Shown here: positions 11,396 to 21,452 of the stretch, in pieces
Numbering within the stretch: position 1 is the stretch's first letter
How the letters are laid out: every line of letters starts with the position of its first letter
From: Nitrospirota bacterium
GTDB lineage: Bacteria; Nitrospirota; Nitrospiria; Nitrospirales; NS-4
Reading direction: 5' to 3'
Length of the DNA stretch: 64,000 nucleotides
Assembly: GCA_963788195.1 (NCBI GenBank)
Contig: CAWBGA010000001.1
Span: 160,001-224,000 of the forward strand
The notes under the pieces: generated by a model
Database searches by the model: none
What the model was told of the DNA's origin: nothing
Seen by the model: the letters and a program-made list of their open reading frames with translations, nothing else
Translations under genes and position numbers: made by a program

Positions 11396-12304
11396 TCGGG
11401 GTAGGGTCCCTAGGGCAGCATCATGCCCGGGTGTACGCGGCGTTGCCCGACGCCACGCTCGTTGCCGTTGTGGATACGGAAGCCTCGCGCGCACGCGACA
11501 TCGCCCTCAAGCACGGCTGCTCCTGGTTCCCACACGTTGAGGATCTGTTCGGCCGCGTGGATGCCGTCAGCATCGCCGTCCCCACGCCGTTGCATCATCG
11601 CATCGCGAAGGCATGCCTCGGAGCCGGCCTTCACGTCTTGGTCGAAAAGCCTATGACGGAAAGCCTCGAAGAAGCGGAAGATCTCGTGGCTTCAGCCGCA
11701 GCGAAAAAGTTGATCCTCCAGGTCGGACACATCGAGCGGTTCAACTCAGCCCTGCGGGCAAGCCTGGGAACAATCAAGGCCCCTCGGCTGATCGAATGCC
11801 GTCGATGGGCGCCGTTCACGCCGCGTGGAGCGGACGTCGATGTCGTCCTCGACTTGATGATCCACGATCTCGACATTGTGCTTTCGCTGCTCGGCGCCCG
11901 CGTGCGACACATCGAGGCTCAGGGGATATCACTGGTATCCCGGACTTCCGACGTCGCTCACGCGCGCGTTCTGTTTGATACCGGCTGTGTGGCAACTTTC
12001 AGCGCGAGCCGCGTGGCGGAGGGGAAGGTCAGGGATTTGCGCTTTTACGAACCTGAGAGCTTTTTATTCGTTGATCTTCTCGCGCAAACCGCGAGAATCG
12101 GCCGGCGAGTGCTTGGTCCTGGGGGGACCTCCGAGATCCTGACGGAACTGATCGCGGGGGACGACCAGGAACCGCTCAAGCTTGAGCTGCAGGGGTTCCT
12201 GGACTCGGTGAGACACGGCACCGCTCCCCTTGTGTCGGGAGCACAGGGACTGGCTGCGCTCCGATTAGCCCACGAGGATCATGTCGTGTATCGGCCGGGC
12301 GTGA
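11370..12304 (+). CDS. Gfo/Idh/MocA oxidoreductase, GnnA-like (apparent +1 frameshifts near 11392 and 12277)
   Basis: Repaired N-terminus MHQVRIGVIGVGSLGQHHAR; HVLVEKP, VGHIERFN, DVVLDLMIHDLD. Lies between lpxI and lpxB. Repaired C-terminus stops at TGA 12302-12304. Confidence 0.85.
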
Positions 12305-13516
12305 CGACAGTGACACAGAAAAAACGGATCCTGATCATTACGGGCGAGGCATCCGGCGATCTCCATGGAGCGCACCTGGGCCAGGCCTTGAAGACGCTCG
12401 ATCCGAGTCTGTCGATTTTGGGCGTGGGCGGGGCGCGCATGCGGGCCGCGGGCATCCAGTTATTGGATGGCATTCCGCAGTTGGACGTGATCGGGCTTAT
12501 CGGGCCGGGCGCCGTACGAGTGTTGACGGCGCGAATACTGGCCATCCGACGTTTTCTCCGCACCGAGTCCTTGGATCTCGTTGTGCTGATCGATCAGCCG
12601 GGGTTGAATTTTCATTTTGCCCGGGTGGCCAAGCGCGCGGGGTGCCGGGTGGTCTATTACATCACGCCTCAGTTGTGGGCGTGGCGGCCACATCGTATGC
12701 AATGGATGCAGCGACGCGTGGACCATGCCATCGTGATCCTGCCTTTCGAGGAGGAGCTCTATCGGCAGGCGGGCGTTCCTTGCACCTTTGTCGGGCACCC
12801 GCTCCTGGATGACATGGCGGCATCGTATGATCGCGATCAGATCCGGGCCGCGTATAGCCTGCAGCCCAATGAGCGTGTCCTTGGATTGCTGCCCGGAAGT
12901 CGAATGGGTGAGGTTCAGGCTCTCCTCCCGCTCATGCTTGCGGCGGCGCATGATCTTGTCCGGGACATAGGGGCATTCCGCGTTATCCTTGCGGTCGCCG
13001 AGACCGTGAACCGCGATGAGATCAAGCGTATGTGCGATGATTGCGGGGATGGACGTGCGACAGATCACCGGAGATCCGAACGGCGTCATGGCGGCCTCAG
13101 ATCTCTTATTTGTCGCGTCGGGCACTGCGACCTTGCAAGCCGCCATTATCGGGACGCCTCTGATTATCGTGTATAAGATGCCGAGGATGGGGTACAAGAT
13201 CGCACGGATATTAACGCGCACGTCGGCGTCGCTCGCAGCCCGTCGTATCTGTTGGCCGGATATGCCGGCGATCGATTGCATCGGGCTTCCCAACCTCATC
13301 GCGGGCCGTCCCTTTATTCCGGAGCTGATTCAGACTCAGGCGACCCCGAAGGCTCTTGCGGCACACGCTCGCCGTATTCTGGCCGACGAGGCGTATAGGA
13401 AAGACATGCTGGCCGGGATGGCCATGGTCCGCGCACGTCTTGGCCCTCCCGGAGCATCGAAACGCGCTGCCGTCGTGATCCTTGATGTCCTTGCATCTCC
13501 TAAGGCCGGAGGCTGA
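12301..13516 (+). CDS. lpxB: Lipid-A-disaccharide synthase (apparent +1 frameshift at GGGG near 13047)
   Basis: GEASGDLHGA, YYITPQLWAWR, FVGHPL, LLPGSR; continues in ORF 13016..13516 with SGTATL and IGLPNLIAG. Confidence 0.93.
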
Positions 13517-15264
13517 TGCACTCCTATCTGCGCCTCCTGGTCTACATGCGGCCGTACTGGGGCCGCTTGATGGCGGCTGCCCTGTGCTCAGCCGTCGTCG
13601 CTGCATTGACGGGAACCTATGCATGGTTAGTCAGGCCGGCTCTGGATGAAGTCTTCATTAATAAGAACGCCACCTGGCTTATGGTTCTCCCGGTGGCGCT
13701 CATCCTGGTCTCGGTGCTCAAGGGACTGGCCGGGTACGGGCAGACGTATCTGATGATCTACGTCGGCAGCCGGGTGGTCACGGATATCCGCCAGCAGCTC
13801 TTTAGCCACTTAATGCGGCTGCCGATCAACTTTCATCTTAAGAATCCATCGAGCCGGATGATGTCTCGCGTCATCAATGATGTGAACTGGATTCAAAACG
13901 CCGTCTCCGGCGTCCTGAAAGACCTTTTCCAGCAGAGTCTGACATTCGTGGTCCTCATGGGGGTGATCTTCTACCAGCATTGGCAGTTGTCGCTCCTGGC
14001 GGTGGTGGTCATACCCTTGTCGGTCTATCCGATGATACGCTTTGGGAACCGGCTTCGCCGAATCGCCACCACCGGCCAGGAGCGGACCGCGGATATGGCA
14101 ATGGCCCTGCAGGAGACGCTGACCGGTATTCGTATCGTCAAGGGGTTTACGCGAGAAACCGCGGAATCTGAGCGGTTCGCCCGCTTCAATGAAGGGTATT
14201 TTCGCACCAACATGAAATCGACGCAGGTGTCCGCCATTACCTCTCCGGTGCTCGAAGCGGTGGGCGTGATGGGGATTGCGGTCATTATATGGTACGGGGG
14301 ATCTCAAGTGATCCACGGCGTAATGACACCCGGGACGTTTTTTTCGTTTCTGACCGCGGTCTTTTTAATGTATGGCCCCATTAAGCGTCTCGCTGCCGCG
14401 AACAACACGATTCAACAGGCACTCTCGGCGGCCGAACGGGTCTTCAGCGTGATCGATGCGCCGACGGAAGCGGCGTTGGATACCGGCGTGCGAGACTTCA
14501 ACGGGGTGCAAACGGCCATCGAACTTAGAAGCGTGACGTTCCAATACGACGGGACAGAGATGCCTGCGCTCAATGAGGTCACCCTCAACATCCGAGCCGG
14601 TGAGCTTCTGGCCCTCGTGGGAAGCAGTGGAGCGGGGAAGACTTCGCTTGTCAATCTCATTCCCCGCTTCTACGAGCCGACCTGCGGCGCGATATTGATT
14701 GACGGTGTGGATTTGCGCGAGATCCGTTTACCGGCCTTGCGCCGCCGTATCGGGATTGTTTCACAGGAGACGCTGCTGTTCGATGACACCGTGCAGAACA
14801 ACATTGCATACGGCACTGACGACGCCGCCATCGACGCCGTCGTGAAGGCCGCCCAAGCGGCTTTTGCTCATGACTTTATCATGCGGCTCCCGAGCGGATA
14901 TGACACCGTCATCGGGGAAAACGGCGTGAAGCTGTCCGGCGGGGAGCGGCAGCGGCTGGCCATAGCGCGCGCGTTGTTGCGTAACCCTCCAATCCTCATC
15001 CTGGATGAGGCCACATCTTCCCTGGACACAGAATCCGAGCGCATGGTGCAGATGGCCTTGGCCAATCTGATGCAGGGCCGCACGACCTTGGTCATTGCCC
15101 ACCGGCTGTCGACCGTTCAACGGGCTGATCGCATCGTGGTGTTGGAGCGGGGGCGCGTGATCCAAACCGGCCGGCACGAAACCCTTCTCGCCACCGACGG
15201 CACCTACAAACGGTTGTATCAGATGCAGTTTCTCAATGACGTGGCGGGAGAATCTGCGCAATGA
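13516..15264 (+). CDS. msbA: Lipid A export ABC transporter
   Basis: TMD plus NBD: GSSGAGKT, LSGGERQR, ILDEATS; lipid A operon context. Confidence 0.92.
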   Translation: MHSYLRLLVYMRPYWGRLMAAALCSAVVAALTGTYAWLVRPALDEVFINKNATWLMVLPVALILVSVLKGLAGYGQTYLMIYVGSRVVTDIRQQLFSHLMRLPINFHLKNPSSRMMSRVINDVNWIQNAVSGVLKDLFQQSLTFVVLMGVIFYQHWQLSLLAVVVIPLSVYPMIRFGNRLRRIATTGQERTADMAMALQETLTGIRIVKGFTRETAESERFARFNEGYFRTNMKSTQVSAITSPVLEAVGVMGIAVIIWYGGSQVIHGVMTPGTFFSFLTAVFLMYGPIKRLAAANNTIQQALSAAERVFSVIDAPTEAALDTGVRDFNGVQTAIELRSVTFQYDGTEMPALNEVTLNIRAGELLALVGSSGAGKTSLVNLIPRFYEPTCGAILIDGVDLREIRLPALRRRIGIVSQETLLFDDTVQNNIAYGTDDAAIDAVVKAAQAAFAHDFIMRLPSGYDTVIGENGVKLSGGERQRLAIARALLRNPPILILDEATSSLDTESERMVQMALANLMQGRTTLVIAHRLSTVQRADRIVVLERGRVIQTGRHETLLATDGTYKRLYQMQFLNDVAGESAQ

Positions 15265-15955
15265 ACCTTCTCGGCAGGCTTCGGATGTGGGTGTTGCCGG
15301 CATTGGGGTATGCGGTCATTCGATCGCTCGGTGCGACGTTGCGTCTGCGGACGATGAATTCGGAAAGTGTGGATGTGCGATGGAGGGAGGGCAAGAATAT
15401 CATCATGTCCTTCTGGCATGGCCGCCAAGTCATGATTCCGTTTGCGTATAAGGGGCCACGCGTGGCAATTTTAATCAGTGCGCACCGTGACGGCGAACTG
15501 ATCGCGCGGATCCTTGGCTGGTTCGGTTTCGGAGCGGTCCGAGGGTCAACGACTCGAGGTGGGAGCCGGGCCCTCCGGCAGTTGGTCCGTGCCGGCCGGG
15601 GCGGGGCGGATCTTGTGGTCACGCCTGATGGGCCGCGAGGGCCTCGCTGTCACGCCCAGGCGGGAGTCATCGAACTTGCGAAGCTGACGGGCCTCCCGAT
15701 CTTTCCGATCACCTTTGCCGCTTCAAAAAAAAAATCTTTGGAAGTTGGGATCGGTTTGAAGTGCCGCTGCCGTTTAGTGACGGCTGCTTCGTCTGGGGCA
15801 GGCCGATATGGGTTTCGAGCGCGGCCGACAGAGATCAGATCGAGGCGAAGCGCATGGAGCTCGAAACCGCGCTGAATGCGTTGTCCGACGACGCGGACCG
15901 CCTTGTTTCCGCCGCGCAGGGACCGGGGCGACCCTTTGACCTTCTCGGCCATCTC
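15261..15955 (+). CDS. DUF374 / lysophospholipid acyltransferase-family protein (-1 shift at A10, 15725-15734)
   Basis: FWHGR, ISAHRDGELIA, VRGSTTRGG, TPDGPRGP. The family-typical SWDRFxxPLPF follows in the -1 frame, which reads on into waaA; the 0 frame stops at 15875. Confidence 0.85.
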
Positions 15956-17239
15956 ATGTTCGGCGCCTACAATATCGCCTTGGCCATTGCGTCGCCGGTC
16001 GTTCTCGGGATTCTCTTGGCAAAGCAGCGCTGCCGCCGGGGCCTCGTGCGACGTCTGGGATTTTTGCCGAAAAGCATTGCCCAGGAGGGCCGGCATGGAC
16101 CCACCATGTGGGTGCACGCGGTTTCCATGGGCGAAGTCAATGCGGTGGTGCCGCTTGTCCAGGAACTCAAGCTCCGCGCTCCGCATTGTCACATCGTTGT
16201 CTCTACCGTGACGGAGACAGGCAAGGAGACCGTCACGCAGCGTCTCGAAGGGCTTGCGCAACACCTCTACTTCCCGCTGGATTTCCCCTTCAGCGTACGA
16301 AAGGTCATGGCGATGATCCGCCCGAGTATCATTCTGATCGTCGAGACCGAGCTGTGGCCGAACTTTTTGAAGACGGCGGCGATCCGCGGGATTCCTTGTG
16401 TGCTGGTCAACGGCCGGCTGTCGAGCGACTCATTCGCAGGCTACATGAGGCTGCGGCCCTTTTTCTCACGAATAGTGAAATGTTTCTCACTTTGTCTCAT
16501 GCAGAGTGATCGCGATGTGGAGCGCGTCGTGGCGCTCGGGGCGGACCCCGAACGTGTCGTGCGCATCGGGAATCTCAAGTTCGATCAAAAACCGCTCACG
16601 CTCTCGGCGCGCCTCATCCGGCTCGGTCTTGAGGCTCATGAAGAATTGTTCGTGGCAGGCAGTACCCATCCCCAGGAGGAGGAAGCGGTGCTGGCATGCT
16701 ATCGTCAGTTGCTTGATATCGCCCCCGGCTTGGTCCTTCTTCTGGCTCCGCGCCATATCGAACGGGCACAAGCGCTGGAGTCGACGATTCGCGCACGAGG
16801 GTTCGCGGTCGTGAGAAGAACGTCGCTCGATCGGCAGCCGGGAGCGGTGAAAGGTGCACGCGTCATTCTCCTGGACACGCGAGGTGAATTGGCCGCGTTG
16901 TACACTCAGGCTGCGCTTGTGTTTGTGGGAGGCAGTCTTGTCCCGATTGGTGGCCACAGCCCCCTCGAGCCGGCATCTGCGGGAAAGGCGGTCGTTTTCG
17001 GCCCGCACATGGACCACTTTGCCGAGGTCGCCGAGTTATTAGTGTCGCAAGGAGGCGCGATTCAGATTCAGGACAGTCAAGAAATGGCGGTGATATTAGG
17101 AGGGCTTCTGAAGGATCGAGCACGCCTAAAACAGATGGGGCGGGCGGCCGAGCAGATCGTGCGATCGCAGCAGGGAACGGTGGCGAGGACGACGGAGTTG
17201 ATCGCGGAGTTGCTGGAGAGGTTACCACGGTCGCGATGA
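15956..17239 (+). CDS. waaA: Kdo transferase
   Basis: WVHAVSMGEV, ETELWPN, LAPRHIER, VGGSLVPIGGHSPLEPA. Confidence 0.95.
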   Translation: MFGAYNIALAIASPVVLGILLAKQRCRRGLVRRLGFLPKSIAQEGRHGPTMWVHAVSMGEVNAVVPLVQELKLRAPHCHIVVSTVTETGKETVTQRLEGLAQHLYFPLDFPFSVRKVMAMIRPSIILIVETELWPNFLKTAAIRGIPCVLVNGRLSSDSFAGYMRLRPFFSRIVKCFSLCLMQSDRDVERVVALGADPERVVRIGNLKFDQKPLTLSARLIRLGLEAHEELFVAGSTHPQEEEAVLACYRQLLDIAPGLVLLLAPRHIERAQALESTIRARGFAVVRRTSLDRQPGAVKGARVILLDTRGELAALYTQAALVFVGGSLVPIGGHSPLEPASAGKAVVFGPHMDHFAEVAELLVSQGGAIQIQDSQEMAVILGGLLKDRARLKQMGRAAEQIVRSQQGTVARTTELIAELLERLPRSR

Positions 17240-18351
17240 GCGAGTCTCGAATCACCTCGTTCTTGTCACATCAGTATCTTCGTTTAACACTGCCCGATTC
17301 CCGAACGTCTTTGGACTGGGCCCTCGCACCACTGGTGCCGCTCTCGCATCTCTATGGGCTGGGCATGTTCGTGAGGGAACGGTTGTATGGAATGGGTTTG
17401 CTGCGGCAACGCGCGCTAGCGGCCACCGTGATCAGCATTGGAAACCTTACAGTCGGGGGAACAGGCAAAACTCCCGTCGTGATCGCGTTGGCCAATGCCC
17501 TGCGACAGAAAGGCCGACGAGTAGGCGTTGCCAGCCGTGGCTATGGGCGATCGACCACGTCGGGTGTTGTGGAGGTTTCGAATGGGGCCGTACTTCGCCA
17601 GAGCCCTGCCGAGACGGGCGATGAGCCGTTACTCATTGCCGAGCGGTGCCCCGGTGTGCCGGTGACGGTGGGTGCCGACCGGTATGCTGCCGGTCGGTAT
17701 TTACTGGATCGGTGCGGCGTTGATACGCTCATTCTGGATGACGCATTTCAGCATCTGGCATTGAAACGCGATGTCGATATTTTGCTTCTCGATGCCACAG
17801 CTCCCTTCGGCAACGGCTATGTGCTTCCGAGGGGAAGGCTCAGAGAGTGGCCGTCTGCGCTTGCGCGCGCCTCGCTGATCATGGTGACCCGCGCACGCCA
17901 GGCAGCGGATTTACATGACGTCTTGACGCGCATTGGTCGATTGGCTCCAGAAACGCCACTGTGTGTGACAGACTTCACTCCGAGTTGCTTATTAAAGATC
18001 GGGATTGCCGAAAGCCAGTCACCCGCCGTGTTGAAGGGAGAGCGCGTCTTGTTGCTCAGCGCAATCGGCAATCCAGATTCCTTTCGAACCCTCGTTGAGG
18101 GCCTTGGGGCCATGGTGGTTGATCACTGCATCTTTGCGGATCACCATTCCTATACCGCGCAAGATGTCCAAGAGGTCGGCACGGTCGCGGCCAAGCTTCG
18201 CGCAAATCGCATTGTCACGACTGAGAAGGACGCAGTGAAGTTGCGGTTTCTGCGGGAAGTCACGGACCAGATGGAAGTGTGGGCGGTTCGGGTCGATGTG
18301 GATTGGTTAGAGGGAGAGGCGAAGTGGGCCCGTCTCGTTTTGCAGAACTAA
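17236..18351 (+). CDS. lpxK: Tetraacyldisaccharide 4'-kinase
   Basis: [39 protein letters not shown]. Confidence 0.96.
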   Translation: MSESRITSFLSHQYLRLTLPDSRTSLDWALAPLVPLSHLYGLGMFVRERLYGMGLLRQRALAATVISIGNLTVGGTGKTPVVIALANALRQKGRRVGVASRGYGRSTTSGVVEVSNGAVLRQSPAETGDEPLLIAERCPGVPVTVGADRYAAGRYLLDRCGVDTLILDDAFQHLALKRDVDILLLDATAPFGNGYVLPRGRLREWPSALARASLIMVTRARQAADLHDVLTRIGRLAPETPLCVTDFTPSCLLKIGIAESQSPAVLKGERVLLLSAIGNPDSFRTLVEGLGAMVVDHCIFADHHSYTAQDVQEVGTVAAKLRANRIVTTEKDAVKLRFLREVTDQMEVWAVRVDVDWLEGEAKWARLVLQN

Positions 18352-20039
18352 CGCGTCCCGGCGCGGTCAAGCGACTGTTGGTACGCGGGACGAATTGGCT
18401 TGGTGATGGCGTACTCATGACGCCTGCGCTCTTTGCGCTTCGGCAGGGATTTCCTCAAGCCCGCATCGTTCTGCTCGCTAAGCCGCCGGTCGCTGAACTT
18501 CTTCAGGGTCATCCCAGCATCGACGAGACTATCCTGTATCGCAATCCCGGTATGCATGCCGGAATCGGGGGGAAGTGGCGGTTGGCCAAGTCCCTCAGAG
18601 CGCGTCAATTTGACCTTGCAGTCCTTTTTCAGAATGCTTTTGAGGCCGCCCTCCTCACGGCGGTCGCAGGGGTTCCACGCCGCTACGGCTATCCGACCGA
18701 TGCACGATGGTTGCTGCTTACAGATCGTGTGGTTCAGACCGCAAACGTTCGCAGAAGACATCAAGTAGAGTACTATCTTGAATTGCTGCGCCCGATGGGT
18801 TTTCCAATTCTTCCCCAGGCTCCTGCGCTCTATACAACCGCGCAGGAGGATCGCGATGCCACCGCGCGGCTCGAATCTCTCGGCGCCTCACGAGGACAGC
18901 CGATTATTGGACTAAACCCGGGATCGACGTATGGCACTGCAAAGCGGTGGCTCCCGCAACGGTATGCGGAAGTGGTTGAGCGCCTTGCGAGGGAACACAA
19001 CGCCCATGTGCTCATCTTCGGAGGACGAGGAGAAGAGCCGCTGGGGGATGATATAGCCAGGATGTTGACCGTTCCCCATACTGTCCTCTCCGGCAGGACG
19101 ACCGTGCGGGAATTAATGGCTCTTCTCAAACAGTGCCGTTTGCTTCTGACGAACGACGCCGGCCCGATGCATATCGCCGGGGCGTTGGGTGTGCCGGTTG
19201 TAGCGGTCTTTGGGCCGACCAACCCCCAAACCACCGGCCCCTTCGGAACCGACTATGAACTGGTCCGGCAACCGGTGGAGTGCTCGCCGTGCCTGCTTCG
19301 GGAATGTCCGATCGATCATCGCTGCATGCTCAAGATTCAGTCTCAAGAGGTATACGAGGCGGCGGTGCGGCAGCTAAGCGCTCGGGGCGAATGCACTGCA
19401 GGCGGATCTCTTCCTGTCAGGGGAAAAGGGGAGTTGCCCGCGCCTGTGGTCTTTCTGGATCGCGACGGCACCCTGAACTGGGACCCGGGCTACCTGAACG
19501 ATCCGGCGGAAATGCGGCTTCTGCCTGGTGTCGGACCGGCGGTCGCTCGATTGAATCGTGCAGGGTTCAAGGTCGTCTTGGTCACAAACCAATCGGGGGT
19601 TGGCAGAGGCATCATCACGGTAGAGGCATTAGATGCCATTCACCAAAGGCTTCTCGAATTGCTCGCCGAATCCGGCGCGTGGCTGGACGGCATCTACGCG
19701 TGCTTGCACAGGCCGGACGAGGGCTGCAGCTGTCGTAAGCCTGCTTCCGGGTTGGTGGCGCAAGCCCGCCGAGAACTCAATCTGGGCGCCGGGCAGTCCT
19801 TTGTCATCGGAGATCGGGCTATCGATATCGCCCTGGCGCGCAATATTGGCGGCCGAGGCGTCTTTGTCTTGAGCGGCTACCGTCCTGAAGACCAGGAGGC
19901 CAGCATGGCGGCGCATGGCATGGTGGCGGATTACACTGCCCACGATTTGGCGGAAGCGGTAGACTGGGTGCTGAAAACGTCTGCCGACCCTACTTCATGG
20001 GAAGGGTGCTCCCTGCCAAGGATGGGCCATGCCGACTGA
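18324..20039 (+). CDS. waaF: Heptosyltransferase II (GT9) fused to a GmhB-type heptose-1,7-bisphosphate phosphatase
   Basis: NWLGDGVL, LNPGSTYGTAKRW, NDAGPMH; then in frame FLDRDGTL, VTNQSG, CSCRKP, IGDR. Confidence 0.9.
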   Translation: MGPSRFAELTRPGAVKRLLVRGTNWLGDGVLMTPALFALRQGFPQARIVLLAKPPVAELLQGHPSIDETILYRNPGMHAGIGGKWRLAKSLRARQFDLAVLFQNAFEAALLTAVAGVPRRYGYPTDARWLLLTDRVVQTANVRRRHQVEYYLELLRPMGFPILPQAPALYTTAQEDRDATARLESLGASRGQPIIGLNPGSTYGTAKRWLPQRYAEVVERLAREHNAHVLIFGGRGEEPLGDDIARMLTVPHTVLSGRTTVRELMALLKQCRLLLTNDAGPMHIAGALGVPVVAVFGPTNPQTTGPFGTDYELVRQPVECSPCLLRECPIDHRCMLKIQSQEVYEAAVRQLSARGECTAGGSLPVRGKGELPAPVVFLDRDGTLNWDPGYLNDPAEMRLLPGVGPAVARLNRAGFKVVLVTNQSGVGRGIITVEALDAIHQRLLELLAESGAWLDGIYACLHRPDEGCSCRKPASGLVAQARRELNLGAGQSFVIGDRAIDIALARNIGGRGVFVLSGYRPEDQEASMAAHGMVADYTAHDLAEAVDWVLKTSADPTSWEGCSLPRMGHAD

Positions 20040-21090
20040 TTTTCGCCGCATTCTCCTGATTAAACCGAGTTCGCTCGGCGACATTGTGCATGCGCTGCCT
20101 ACCGCCGTAGCGTTAAAGCGCCGCTTCCCGTCGGCCTCACTCACTTGGCTTGTGAAGAAACAGTGGGCCGGCGTTTTGGAGGGTAGTCCTGCCCTCCACC
20201 GTATCCTTGCCGTAAATCTATCACTCGGGGGCTGGCCTGCGGCGATTCGAGCGGTCCGGGCAGGTCAGTTTGATCTCGTCGTCGATCTTCAAGGACTCTT
20301 TCGAAGCGCTGTCTTAGGATGGCTTTCTGGCGCGCCGGTGCGCGTCGGCTTCGCCAACGCACGCGAAGGGAGCCCCTGGTTTTACACTCAAAAAGTCGCC
20401 ATTGTCGATCCTGAGATGCACGCGGTTGATCGCTATCTCCTGATTCCTCGCTCCCTCGGCGGCGCCCCACCCCTAATTGGAGCGCTGGATTTTCCACTGG
20501 CCGTCGATTCCGGAGCGGACAAAAAGGTGAGCGAAATGTTGCTCTCTGCCGGGGCGATCGCAGGGTCCCCGTTGGTGGCGATCAATGCCGGCGCCCGATG
20601 GCCGACCAAGCACTGGCCGTCGCGTGCATTCGCCGAGGTAGCCGATCAGTTGCAGGACGAGGGTATGCAGGTGGTAGTGATTGGAAGCGTGGCCGAGAGT
20701 CATCCAGCCGGCACAGTGGTGGGTCACATGCGGACATCGGCGATCAATCTCGTGGGGAAAACCACCATCAAAGAGCTCATTGCATTACTACGACGCGTGC
20801 GCCTTCTGATCACGAATGATTCGGGTCCCATGCATTTGGCGGCTGCTCTCGGGACGCCTGTTATCGCCCTCTTTGGGCCTACCGATCCTGGCCGCACCGG
20901 ACCGTACGGTCTGGGGCATCGGGTTCTTCGTAGCGGAATCCCATGTAGCCCTTGTTTTAGTCGACGGTGCGTAAACCCGAAGACACTGGAGTGCTTGACC
21001 TCCATTAGCCCCGGCCAGGTATTCCAGCAGGCGCTGCAGGTTCTCCGTGAGTCAGGTGATGCTAGCGTCGAGGCTCTTAAAGCACGATGA
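20029..21090 (+). CDS. waaC: Heptosyltransferase I (GT9)
   Basis: ILLIKPSSLGDIVHALP, DLQGLFRS, NDSGPMHLAAA. Confidence 0.85.
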   Translation: MPTDFRRILLIKPSSLGDIVHALPTAVALKRRFPSASLTWLVKKQWAGVLEGSPALHRILAVNLSLGGWPAAIRAVRAGQFDLVVDLQGLFRSAVLGWLSGAPVRVGFANAREGSPWFYTQKVAIVDPEMHAVDRYLLIPRSLGGAPPLIGALDFPLAVDSGADKKVSEMLLSAGAIAGSPLVAINAGARWPTKHWPSRAFAEVADQLQDEGMQVVVIGSVAESHPAGTVVGHMRTSAINLVGKTTIKELIALLRRVRLLITNDSGPMHLAAALGTPVIALFGPTDPGRTGPYGLGHRVLRSGIPCSPCFSRRCVNPKTLECLTSISPGQVFQQALQVLRESGDASVEALKAR

Positions 21091-21141
21091 AACGCATGAG
21101 CTCGGCGATCAGCAGAGTAATCATCGGGCCTTCGGGCATGC

Positions 21142-21225
21142 AAGGGGGACAGGCAACTTTTTCGGAACTAAGGATTGTTTGGGCTCTGGCATGAAATAAC
21201 TGAAAAAGTAGCCTGTCCCCTTTTT
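21142..21225. mobile_element. Short non-autonomous inverted-repeat element (MITE/REPIN-like), copy 1
   Basis: Ends GGGGACAGGCAACTTTTTC ... GAAAAAGTAGCCTGTCCCC; the same ends recur in the opposite orientation at 39269-39440. Confidence 0.75.
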
Positions 21226-21244
21226 CCAGGACCAATTGGCCAGG

Positions 21245-21335
21245 GGAAAAGGACCCCGTCTTGGCGGGGGCCAGGGTTGGGTGGGTGCCAGAGGAAAAGG
21301 ACCCCGTCTTGGCGGGGCCAGGGTTGGGTGGGTGC
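21245..21335. repeat. Two tandem copies (~48 bp period) of a hairpin-containing unit
   Basis: GGAAAAGGACCCCGTCTTGGCGGGG(G)CCAGGGTTGGGTGGGTGC at 21245-21288 and 21293-21335. Confidence 0.9.
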
Positions 21336-21452
21336 AAATGAAGATGCAGAGGAAACAGCAGAGAAACTTCCCCGGCGGCCTTAAATAATCATCAGGCCTT
21401 CGGGTCGAGCAAGCTTTGCTTGGCGGGCGGGTGCAATATACGGAGGGGTGCG

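Noticed and set aside
11392..13176. 594-aa Gfo/Idh/MocA-LpxB fusion in the ORF track
   Set aside because: Removing one G near 12277 gives a normal C-terminus with TGA at 12302-12304 overlapping the lpxB GTG, and the region is rich in +1 errors.
6213..13516. Pseudogenisation of bamA, lpxI and lpxB
   Set aside because: Motifs are intact on both sides of each shift, there are no nonsense codons, and the genes are normally essential; assembly error is the simpler explanation.
21245..21335. Mini CRISPR array
   Set aside because: Only two units separated by ~4 bp, no spacer-length unique sequence and no cas genes.
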